A DNA stretch of 64,000 nucleotides, from assembly GCA_041752695.1 (NCBI GenBank), contig JBGSVZ010000047.1, positions 1-64,000 on the forward strand, in the 5' to 3' direction. The stretch is from Terrimicrobiaceae bacterium. Its GTDB lineage: Bacteria > Verrucomicrobiota > Verrucomicrobiia > Chthoniobacterales > Terrimicrobiaceae. Under the pieces are notes generated by a model, which worked only from the letters and a program-made list of their open reading frames with translations, was not told where the DNA came from and made no database searches. Positions 37,928 through 46,226 of this stretch are shown here, piece by piece. Made by a program: the position numbers and the translations under genes. The stretch's first letter is position 1, and each line of letters begins with the position of its first letter.

Positions 37928-38071
37928 CGTTCAAAACCTAAAGTTTCCGAAAAGCTGCACGCAACAGTTGCGTGACGGCCTGAGAGTCCACGCCTTGGTG
38001 AAGTGGGCGGTGGGGGGTGCAACTTGCGCAAGGCTACGGACGAGGGTTACATCCGACTCTGGAGAAAAAAA

Positions 38072-38145
38072 TGCACCCGGCGGGGGTCGAACCCACAACC
38101 TACGGCTTCGGAGGCCGGCACTCTATCCAATTGAGCTACGGGTGC
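38072..38145 (-). tRNA. tRNA-Arg(CCG)
   Basis: GCACCCGTAGCTCAATTGGATAGAG...CTCCGAA...GGTTCGACCCCCGCCGGGTGCA cloverleaf; CCA not encoded. Confidence 0.95.
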
Positions 38146-38224
38146 GCAGGTCGGAGAGACTCGCGTATTCTTTCGCAGGAATCAAGAGCTTGATTTTACG
38201 GGTTTTCAGCGGTGGACTGTGTCC

Positions 38225-38923
38225 ATGAAAAAGCTCCTCCTCGTTCTGGCGGTTAGTCTCGGTGCAGCCCACGCGCAGACGGAGGAGGCGGTGAAGTCCG
38301 CTTTTGGAAAAGGCGAGGGGGTCAATGGCGAGGTACTCGCCCTGGCCGTGCAGGCCGATGGAAAAGTGGTGATTGGGGGAAAATTCAGTTCGGTGAATGG
38401 CGTTCCCCGTAACAATATCGCGCGGCTGAATCCTGATGGCACGCTCGACCGGACGTTTGCCGACACGGTGCAGGCTGGGGTGAACGGGCAGGTGAACGCC
38501 CTGGTCATCCAGCCGGCGGGCGGTGTGGTCGTCGGCGGCCAGTTCAACCAGATCGGCAATGTGGAGGCGATGAACCTTGGCCGCTACAACGTGGATGGCA
38601 CTCCCGATAAAACCTTCGGAGTGGCACCCGGTCAGGAGTCTGGTGCCAATGGCGTCGTTTTTGCCCTCACCGTGCAGGCGGACGGCAAGATCGTCGTCGG
38701 GGGGAATTTTAGCACCGTCTTCGGGCAACCCCGCCGCAGTGTGGCCCGGTTGAACACAGACAATACTCTCGATGCGGTCATTATTTCCCAGACTGCAGTT
38801 TCTGGGCCGGTGCGCGCCCTGGCCGGCACGCCGGACAATACCTTCGTGGCAGGCGGACAGTTCACAGTGCAAAACCAGGTCGCCCGAAACTTGCTGAAGC
38901 CCGCCCCGCTTGGGGTCGAATAG
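38225..38923 (+). CDS. Delta-60 repeat protein
   Basis: Signal peptide; three repeats of LAVQADGKVVIGGxF...ARLNPDGTLDxTF. Confidence 0.85.
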   Translation: MKKLLLVLAVSLGAAHAQTEEAVKSAFGKGEGVNGEVLALAVQADGKVVIGGKFSSVNGVPRNNIARLNPDGTLDRTFADTVQAGVNGQVNALVIQPAGGVVVGGQFNQIGNVEAMNLGRYNVDGTPDKTFGVAPGQESGANGVVFALTVQADGKIVVGGNFSTVFGQPRRSVARLNTDNTLDAVIISQTAVSGPVRALAGTPDNTFVAGGQFTVQNQVARNLLKPAPLGVE

Positions 38924-38935
38924 CGGGTCAGGTGA

Positions 38936-40390
38936 TTACGGTGCCTGGCGGCGTTCCTGACGGTTCTGTTGGAACTGTTGGCGCTGCTGCTGGAGTTGCT
39001 GTTGCAAGGATTGTTGCTGGCGCTGGTTTTCCTGTTGCTGGCGTGCCGCCTCCTGTTGATTTTGCCGGGCCGTTTCCCGCCGGGCCTCGACCTCCTGTTG
39101 GGCGCGGGCGGCTTTTTCGCGGAGTTCGGCGGCGCGTTGCTGGCGGGCGGTTTCCTCTCCCTGCTGTTGCTGACGGAGGGCTTGTTGTTGCTGTTGGGCC
39201 TGTTCCTGCTGGCGGCTGAGGTCAGCTTGCCGGGCGTCCCGTTCCTCCTCCTGGCGCTGCTTGAGGATTCGGGCTCGCAGCTCCTCCTCGCGGTTCGTTT
39301 GTTGCCCGACGGCGGGCTGGTCGCGGGGAAGGACCTGGGGTTCCCTCGGGGGCTCCCGCATCGCCGGGGTTGCGGCAGGCGGCCGCCCATCGGAGCGCCC
39401 GACCTCAGAATTACGCCGGGTGTTGGGCTGGGGTGTCGCAGGAGGCGGGTCTAAGTTCGGCGGGGCGACCGCCGTGGAAACCGGACGGTTGGCGCGGCGG
39501 GCGTCTCCCTGAATTTTTTCGCGATATTCTGCTGCGAGGGCTGGGTTCAGGCCGGCTCCTTCCCAGCCACGGTTGATTTGCCCGCGGCTGGCGCGGCCTG
39601 CGATTTTAACCGGGCGGGCGTCTTGTTTTTCCACCCGTGGAGAGGGAATCTTCAGCGTATCCCCTTCGAGCCGACTTTTCACTCGGCCCTGACGAAGGGC
39701 TGTGACGTCAAGGCTGGTTTCACGCTCGAGTCGGACCCGGCGAATTGGCGTGTGGGCACGTCGATTGATCACGGTGATATCCGGACCATCGTTGATGATG
39801 ATATTGTTAACGTGGCGGATCCGGGTGATGTTGACGGTCAGATTGATGATGGTGATGTTGCTGCGCCAAGGCAGACACACGGTCCGCAGGCGCGGCGCGC
39901 CGAAGTAGGTGACCGGACAGAACGCATACCAATCCGGCCCGATTCCATAGTCCACATCCACGTATGCCCCAAATCCGATCGAATCTTCCCAGACCGCTTC
40001 GGGGGGAAGCGCGGCCCAGCCGATATAGTCGTCGCTCGTGCGCCATGAGACCCAGGCTGGCCCCCACTCGTAGCCAGGTACCCAGACCCAGCCCCAATTT
40101 TGCAACTTGGTCCAGCGACCATAGTGGTAGGTCGCCCAGCCCCACGGTTCATTGGAAAACCAGGTGTATCCGGCCTCGGTGTAAACCCACTGACCATCAG
40201 TGTAGGGACGCCAGTGATCGTCCACGAAGGGTCGCCAGCAGTAGCCGTAGTCGTCCAGTTCCACCCAATCTCCGTGGGGGGTCAGGGCATCATAAAAATC
40301 CTGAAAGGTAATGTCGGTGTCGGCCGGGGCTTGCGACGGGACGAGGGCGAGCGCGGCGGCGGCGAGAAGGGGAAGCAGACCGGATTTCAT
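38936..40390 (-). CDS. DUF6600-like domain protein with Gln/Arg-rich tail
   Basis: FYDALTPHGDW, WRPYTDGQWVYT, EPWGWATYHYGRW, WGPAWVSWR, IGWAALPP. Confidence 0.78.
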   Translation of the reverse strand: MKSGLLPLLAAAALALVPSQAPADTDITFQDFYDALTPHGDWVELDDYGYCWRPFVDDHWRPYTDGQWVYTEAGYTWFSNEPWGWATYHYGRWTKLQNWGWVWVPGYEWGPAWVSWRTSDDYIGWAALPPEAVWEDSIGFGAYVDVDYGIGPDWYAFCPVTYFGAPRLRTVCLPWRSNITIINLTVNITRIRHVNNIIINDGPDITVINRRAHTPIRRVRLERETSLDVTALRQGRVKSRLEGDTLKIPSPRVEKQDARPVKIAGRASRGQINRGWEGAGLNPALAAEYREKIQGDARRANRPVSTAVAPPNLDPPPATPQPNTRRNSEVGRSDGRPPAATPAMREPPREPQVLPRDQPAVGQQTNREEELRARILKQRQEEERDARQADLSRQQEQAQQQQQALRQQQQGEETARQQRAAELREKAARAQQEVEARRETARQNQQEAARQQQENQRQQQSLQQQLQQQRQQFQQNRQERRQAP

Positions 40391-40656
40391 AGCGGCGGGT
40401 TTGGAGGTTTGACGGAACTTGAGGTGGCCGTATTCACCAAAAACTACCCCGTTGAGGCCTCCACGGCAAATTTCTCTGCAAAAGGGGCGTTTTTCATTTT
40501 GACACGCGAGGGGCCTTTGATAGTTTTCCCGTCCCTGCTGTTCCAGGGGACAAGGCGCTAACCGTTTCCACATGGAGTGAAGACGGGTAGGGTCCTGCAC
40601 CCTTTTTCGGCCGGGAAAAACAGATGCGCCCGTTCTTTCAGGCTTCGGCCACATAC

Positions 40657-40732
<76 letters not shown>

Positions 40733-40777
40733 ACCCAGGAACCGGCCTCTGTTAAAAACCCTTAAGCAACCCTAAAG

Positions 40778-41962
40778 ATGGCAAAAGAACAGTTCAAGCG
40801 AAACAAACCGCACGTTAACATCGGCACGATCGGCCACGTTGACCACGGCAAAACCACACTCACGGCCGCAATCACCACGGTGCTCTCCAAGACCGGCGGA
40901 GCCCAGGCCAAAAAATACGACGAGATCGACGCAGCTCCCGAAGAAAAAGAGCGCGGCATCACGATCAACACCGCCCACGTGGAATACGAGACGGAGAACC
41001 GTCACTACGCCCACGTCGATTGTCCCGGACACGCCGATTATGTGAAAAACATGATCACGGGCGCGGCCCAGATGGACGGAGCGATCGTTGTCGTCAGCGC
41101 AGCGGACGGCCCCATGCCTCAGACCCGTGAGCACATCCTGCTCGCCCGTCAGGTCGGCGTGCCTTCCATCGTTGTGTTCATGAACAAGGTGGACATGGTG
41201 GACGACAAAGACCTTCTCGAACTCGTCGAAATGGAAGTTCGCGAACTTCTCAGCAAATACGAATTCCCCGGCGACGTCATTCCGATCGTCAAAGGCAGCG
41301 CCCTCAAGGCTCTCGAAGGCGAAGCTGAATACGAAAAAGCCATCACCGACCTCATGGCCGCGGTGGACGAATACATCCCGACGCCTGAGCGTCCACGCGA
41401 TCTTCCCTTCCTCATGCCTGTGGAAGACGTGTTCAACATTGAAGGTCGCGGCACTGTCGCCACCGGCCGTGTCGAACGTGGTATCCTCAAGAAAATGGAG
41501 GAAATCGAAATCGTCGGAATCCGCGATACCGTCAAAACGACGGTCACCGACATCGAAATGTTCCGCAAGCTCCTCGACACCGCCGAGGCCGGCGACAACG
41601 TCGGTGTGCTCCTGCGTGGCACGAAGAAAGACGACATCGAGCGCGGTCAGGTTCTGGCCAAGCCCGGCACGATCAAGCCCCACAAGAAATTCAAGGCTGA
41701 GATTTACGTGCTGAGCAAAGACGAAGGTGGCCGTCACACGCCCTTCTTCGGCAACTACCGTCCTCAGTTCTACTTCCGCACCACGGACGTTACCGGCACC
41801 ATCAGCCTCCCCGAGGGAGTGGAAATGGTCATGCCTGGTGACAACGTCTCCATCGACGTCGAGTTGATCACTCCCGTCGCCATGGAAAAAACCATCCGTT
41901 TCGCCATCCGCGAAGGCGGCCGCACTGTCGGCGCCGGACGCGTGGCGGACATCCTGGACTAA
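40778..41962 (+). CDS. tuf: Elongation factor Tu
   Basis: [37 protein letters not shown]; 394 aa. Confidence 0.99.
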   Translation: MAKEQFKRNKPHVNIGTIGHVDHGKTTLTAAITTVLSKTGGAQAKKYDEIDAAPEEKERGITINTAHVEYETENRHYAHVDCPGHADYVKNMITGAAQMDGAIVVVSAADGPMPQTREHILLARQVGVPSIVVFMNKVDMVDDKDLLELVEMEVRELLSKYEFPGDVIPIVKGSALKALEGEAEYEKAITDLMAAVDEYIPTPERPRDLPFLMPVEDVFNIEGRGTVATGRVERGILKKMEEIEIVGIRDTVKTTVTDIEMFRKLLDTAEAGDNVGVLLRGTKKDDIERGQVLAKPGTIKPHKKFKAEIYVLSKDEGGRHTPFFGNYRPQFYFRTTDVTGTISLPEGVEMVMPGDNVSIDVELITPVAMEKTIRFAIREGGRTVGAGRVADILD

Positions 41963-41977
41963 TCCATCTTGCCAGAA

Positions 41978-42050
41978 AGGACAGTAGCTCAATTGGTAGA
42001 GCAATGGTCTCCAAAACCATCGGTTGGGGGTTCAAGTCCCTCCTGTCCTG
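41978..42050 (+). tRNA. tRNA-Trp(CCA)
   Basis: AGGACAGTAGCTCAATTGGTAGAGCAATGGTCTCCAAAACCAT...CTGTCCTG; usual position before secE. Confidence 0.95.
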
Positions 42051-42093
42051 TTCGGCTGGTGCCATCCAGGCCCCTTAATTTCTCGCCCGCATC

Positions 42094-42309
42094 ATGATCG
42101 CTAAAACCCGCAATTTTATTTCCGAGGTCCGTACGGAGCTCGGCAAAGCCCAGTGGCCCTGGGATCCCAACGAAAAGGGATTCAAACGCTTCAAGGAACT
42201 TGTGGACTCGACCATGGTTGTGGTGATCGCGATGGTCATCCTTGGCGGCTACATCGCATTTTTCGATTTTATCCTTATCAATTTCGTCGGCGCTCTGACG
42301 AGACCCTGA
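42094..42309 (+). CDS. secE: Preprotein translocase subunit SecE
   Basis: F.SEVRTELGKAQWP, single TM; synteny tRNA-Trp/secE/nusG. Confidence 0.9.
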   Translation: MIAKTRNFISEVRTELGKAQWPWDPNEKGFKRFKELVDSTMVVVIAMVILGGYIAFFDFILINFVGALTRP

Positions 42310-42316
42310 AAACCCA

Positions 42317-42880
42317 ATGCCAATCGCTCCCCGTGATCAATGGTATGTCGTGCATGTTCTCTCCGGACTGGAGCAGAAAGTCACCGACAACCTCAACCGC
42401 CGCATCAAGCTGGAGGAGATGTCGGATCACGTTTACGAAGTGCTCATCCCCACCGAGCGGGTGCAGGAAATCAAGCGCGGTAAAAAGACCGAGACCACGC
42501 GGAAATTTTTCCCCGGTTATCTCATCGTCAACATGCATCTCCTCGATGACAACAACCAGCTCGTCGAGAAGACGTGGTAGGTCATCAAGGATACTGATGG
42601 CGTGATCGGCTTCGCCGGCACCAAGGATCGCCCGATCCCCATGCGCCAAAAGGAAGTGGACAGCCTCCTCGCCCAAGTCCGCGAACGCGAAGATTCCGTC
42701 AAACCGAAGATCAGCTTCGAAGTGGGCGACAAGGTCAAGGTGGCCGACGGCCCCTTCCAAAACCAGAATGGCGTGGTCGAGGAAATCGACCCCGAGCGCG
42801 GCAAACTGCGCGTCTCCGTCACCATTTTCGGCCGCGAGACTCCGGTCGATCTGGAATACTGGCAGGTCGAGAAGGCCTGA
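42317..42880 (+). CDS. nusG: Transcription termination/antitermination factor NusG, with an in-frame TAG at 42578-42580
   Basis: WYVVHVLSGLE, RKFFPGY, then KTW*VIKDTDGVIGF and KOW FEVGDKVKVADGPF..IFGRETPV, all in one frame. Confidence 0.9.
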
Positions 42881-42914
42881 GGCGATTTTTATCCCGGGTT
42901 TCCTGAAGGAAGCC

Positions 42915-42974
42915 GTTGGAGTCCAGCCTTTAGGCTGTTCGGAACCAAGAACAGGCTAAAGCCTGAACTCCAAC
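42915..42974. repeat. REP-like inverted doublet
   Basis: GTTGGAGTCCAGCCTTTAGGCTGTTC (42915-42940) and inverted GAACAGGCTAAAGCCTGAACTCCAAC (42949-42974), 23/26 identical, each with an internal hairpin. Confidence 0.75.
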
Positions 42975-43082
42975 CTGCGTGGGCTTCCTCAGAATTCGCC
43001 GTTTCGTCCCTCTCATTTTCTCACTTCCGTCTTGATTTTTTAGCCTCAGGCGGTCTTTACTTCGTTTATTCCTTAACCTGCC

Positions 43083-43385
43083 ATGCTTTCCCTTCTTCTC
43101 GCCGGTGGTTCCTTTCTTGGAGCAGTCACGCAGACCACTCAAGTCACGGAAATCGAGACCTACAATCACACGTTGCGTGGCGAGCGGATTCTGGCCAAGG
43201 AAGTCGTTTGTCGCGGCCGTTGGGGTACGCCCATGTTGCCGGACGGTAAAGGGGGCTATAGCCTGATTGCTCCCATCAATCAGGAGTTTATCGAGCGCAG
43301 TCTTTTTCAGCCCCCGAAGTCCAACGGCCCCGCATTTCGGCCTGCCACCGTGACTCTCACGTCGGTGGTGCTCCCGGTGGAATAG
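43083..43385 (+). CDS. Small hypothetical exported protein
   Basis: 100-aa ORF with hydrophobic N-terminus. Confidence 0.4.
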   Translation: MLSLLLAGGSFLGAVTQTTQVTEIETYNHTLRGERILAKEVVCRGRWGTPMLPDGKGGYSLIAPINQEFIERSLFQPPKSNGPAFRPATVTLTSVVLPVE

Positions 43386-43506
43386 TTGCTGGCTGGCCCA
43401 ACCGGAGAGGCCGCCTGGTGGGCGGCCCTTTTTGACGGGTGCCAGGCTGACTCGCGAAATTTCGGCAGGTGCTGGTTATCGATCCTGGAAGTTGCTCCGG
43501 TTTTTT

Positions 43507-44244
43507 ATGCGTTACTTTTTCTCTCTCCTTCTCCTCGTAGCGGTTTCCTCGTGTGCTCATCGGGAGCCCGCCACGCCTGTCTCCGACCAGGTCCCTTTTG
43601 ATCAACGTCTCGCTCAATTTGCGGCCTATCACAACAGCCGTCAGACGGAAGCTTTGCGCAGCTTTTTCACGAAGGATGCCACGATCCAGTCTCCGGTGAC
43701 GCCGAGGTCCGCTGGAGTCGCCCAGTTTCTCAGCGCCCTGGCGGCCGAGCCGTACACGATTTCATTTTCCAACACCGAGACGATCTATTCTCTTCCCGGA
43801 AAAGCCGTCACACGCAGCTCGGGAACCGCCAGCGCTTCGGGCAAGTTCAACCTGAAGGAAACGGTCACCGTCGATTGGCGTTTGGAAGATGGATATTGGC
43901 GCATCGCCCGGCTTCGTTTTGTGGAATGGCCCTCGATCATAGGTACCTGGCGGCACGCGGGGCTGCGGGGAGAGGGTTCGATCGAACTCCGCATTCTGCC
44001 GGGTGGGACGTATCTGGTTTTTGTGGGTGACAGTTTTGAAATGCCGGCGTTCCGCGGGCGCTATCGCCTGGAAGGGAATCGGATTACCTTTACCGACACC
44101 GCGGCCGATAATCCCCGGGATTTTCAGCCCGGGGAAGGCAGTTATTCGTTTATCCGCTCCGGCAATGGCGTAGTCCTGCAAAAAGTGGATGATGCCAACA
44201 CCTGGCGCACCGAGCGTTTCGACGGCGCCTGGGCCGCCCGATAG
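43507..44244 (+). CDS. Lipoprotein with NTF2/SnoaL-like domain
   Basis: Lipobox-like LLVAVSSC; LRSFFTKDATI..P and WRLEDGYWRI. Confidence 0.65.
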   Translation: MRYFFSLLLLVAVSSCAHREPATPVSDQVPFDQRLAQFAAYHNSRQTEALRSFFTKDATIQSPVTPRSAGVAQFLSALAAEPYTISFSNTETIYSLPGKAVTRSSGTASASGKFNLKETVTVDWRLEDGYWRIARLRFVEWPSIIGTWRHAGLRGEGSIELRILPGGTYLVFVGDSFEMPAFRGRYRLEGNRITFTDTAADNPRDFQPGEGSYSFIRSGNGVVLQKVDDANTWRTERFDGAWAAR

Positions 44245-44355
44245 AAGATCTCCGGTCTGCGTGTCGGTCCCGATGGGCCGCAAGTTGCGCAAAATTCGCG
44301 TATCTTTGGACAATGGGGGCGGTGTCGGCGGTGGGCCGCGCTGTTTGGTTGGGGC

Positions 44356-45222
44356 ATGCGTTCCGATGCTGCCGCCCGCCAGCCATCCCCTCCGGCCTGT
44401 CTGCCGTCGCCGGCGCGCCATTTTTTGGGGAACCGATTTGTCTATTGGGTGGTCTCGCAGCGGGCTGGGGGACTTTCGGTCGGGATCAATGTCAATCCCG
44501 ACAAACGCTGCAATTTCGACTGCGTGTATTGCGAGGTGGACCGCCGGGAAAAAGGCGGCCCGGCCCGGCTCCCGGTCGCGGAGATGTTGGTGGAGTTGCA
44601 AACACTCCTTACCTCCATCCATGAGGGGCGGCTGGTCCGGCCGGGCGGCTCGGGCGGCGCGCTGCTCAGTTTTAAAGAAGTGGCGCTCAGCGGGGATGGC
44701 GAACCGACCTTGAGCCCAAATTTTCGGGAGATAGCAGAAGGCGTGGTTGGCCTTCGCGCCCGGCATCTGTTTCCCGTCTTTAAAATCGTCCTTATCACCA
44801 ACGGAACGGGACTGCACCTGCCCCCCGTTCAGGCGGGGCTCGCCGTGCTCAATCGCACCGACGAGATCTGGGTGAAGCTCGACGTCGGGACGCAGGCTGG
44901 CCTGGAACTCGTTAATCGCACCGACATCCCCCTGGACGATGTCCTGAAAAACATCCGTGATCTCGGGCAAGATCGCCCCATCGTGATCCAAAGCCTTTTT
45001 CCCTTGGTCGGCGGAGTGGAACCAGCGCCGGAGGAAATCGACGCCTATGTCGATTGTCTGGCGGAACTCAAGGAGGCCGGGGCACGCATTTCCCTCGTGC
45101 AGGTCTATTCCGCGCATCGCCCTGCCATGAATTCCGTCTGCGGGCATCTCCCGCTGCGCTCCCTGTCCCACATCGCCCGCGCCATCCGGGAGCGGACCGG
45201 CCTGAACGCGGAAGTGTTTTGA
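44356..45222 (+). CDS. Radical SAM protein
   Basis: CNFDCVYC, SGDGEPT, LITNGT, WVKLD. Confidence 0.88.
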   Translation: MRSDAAARQPSPPACLPSPARHFLGNRFVYWVVSQRAGGLSVGINVNPDKRCNFDCVYCEVDRREKGGPARLPVAEMLVELQTLLTSIHEGRLVRPGGSGGALLSFKEVALSGDGEPTLSPNFREIAEGVVGLRARHLFPVFKIVLITNGTGLHLPPVQAGLAVLNRTDEIWVKLDVGTQAGLELVNRTDIPLDDVLKNIRDLGQDRPIVIQSLFPLVGGVEPAPEEIDAYVDCLAELKEAGARISLVQVYSAHRPAMNSVCGHLPLRSLSHIARAIRERTGLNAEVF

Positions 45223-45265
45223 TTTCGCACGTGACGAAACGTTCCACCCGGAGGATAGTCAGTCA

Positions 45266-46138
45266 GTGACTGCGAACCTTATCGAGGCGCTCACCGAATC
45301 GGCGATCTTTCGCGATTACGAGCGGGCGTTCAGCGAAGCCACAGGCCTGCCTGTTTCTCTCTCGCCCGTGGAATCGTGGCAACTGCCCCACCGGGGGAAA
45401 AAATCGGTCAATCGCTTCTGCGAGGCCATGGCACAAAAAAGCTGCGCCTGCGCGGCCTGTCTGCGCACCCAGGGGCGTCTTGCCGAAGGAGCCCGCGAGG
45501 AGGCCTGCACCGAACAGTGCGAAATGGGGATGTTTGACACCGCTGTGCCGATCAAGCTGGGAAGCGAACTCCTCGGCTTTCTCCAAACCGGCCAGGTCTT
45601 CTGCAAAAAACCCACCGCCGCCCAGTTCGCCCGCGTCTCGAAAAAGCTGGAAGAGTGGGGCATTCCGGTCAGTCACGAGATCGAGGAAGCCTATTTTGCC
45701 ACCAAAGTGATGACGCCGGCGCAGTACGAGGCCCTTGTTGATCTGCTGACGATTTTCTCCAAACATCTTTCTCTCGTGGCGAATCAGGTGGCCGTGCAGC
45801 GCGAGAACTCCGAGCCGCCCATGATCACGCGCGCGCGGGACTTCATCCGCACCAATCAGGCGGAGGATCTTTCCCTCGGTCAGGTCGCCAAGGCGGTGAA
45901 CACCAGCACGTTTTATTTTTGCAAGATGTTCAAAAAGGCCACCGGCCTGAACTTCACGGAATATCTTTCCCGAGTGCGGGTCGAGAAGGCGAAAAATCTT
46001 TTGCTGAACCCGAATCTTCGCATCAGCGAAATTGCCTTTGAGGTGGGATTTCAGTCGCTCACCCATTTTAACCGTGTTTTCAAGAAGATCACCGGGCAGT
46101 CGCCCAGCGATTTCCGCGCCCGGCTGTCTCTTAGCTAA
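45266..46138 (+). CDS. AraC regulator with PocR sensory domain
   Basis: AFSEATGLPV, FC...C..C, C.MGM..TAVPI..G..LLGFL..GQ; C-terminal AraC double HTH. Confidence 0.85.
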   Translation: MTANLIEALTESAIFRDYERAFSEATGLPVSLSPVESWQLPHRGKKSVNRFCEAMAQKSCACAACLRTQGRLAEGAREEACTEQCEMGMFDTAVPIKLGSELLGFLQTGQVFCKKPTAAQFARVSKKLEEWGIPVSHEIEEAYFATKVMTPAQYEALVDLLTIFSKHLSLVANQVAVQRENSEPPMITRARDFIRTNQAEDLSLGQVAKAVNTSTFYFCKMFKKATGLNFTEYLSRVRVEKAKNLLLNPNLRISEIAFEVGFQSLTHFNRVFKKITGQSPSDFRARLSLS

Positions 46139-46226
46139 TTCCTTCCGCTCGTTTGACAAGAACGGGCCGGACTTCCGCAAGAAATGGGTATCTCGAAGAT
46201 CTTTCCGGTGAGAAGATCACCGCGAA

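Larger units (their letters stand above)
25322..38051. mobile_element. Mu-like transposable element with partial phage morphogenesis genes (candidate satellite or reduced prophage)
   Basis: TG...CA ends with 15/26 inverted identity; TCCG on both flanks (25318-25321, 38052-38055); DDE transposase plus AAA ATPase; repressor/Cro pair; tape-measure and head-accessory genes. Confidence 0.72.

Noticed and set aside
42578..42580. Genome-wide TAG reassignment
   Set aside because: TAG ends other genes at their expected C-termini (for example pckG at 48051-48053), and no other conserved gene here is interrupted.
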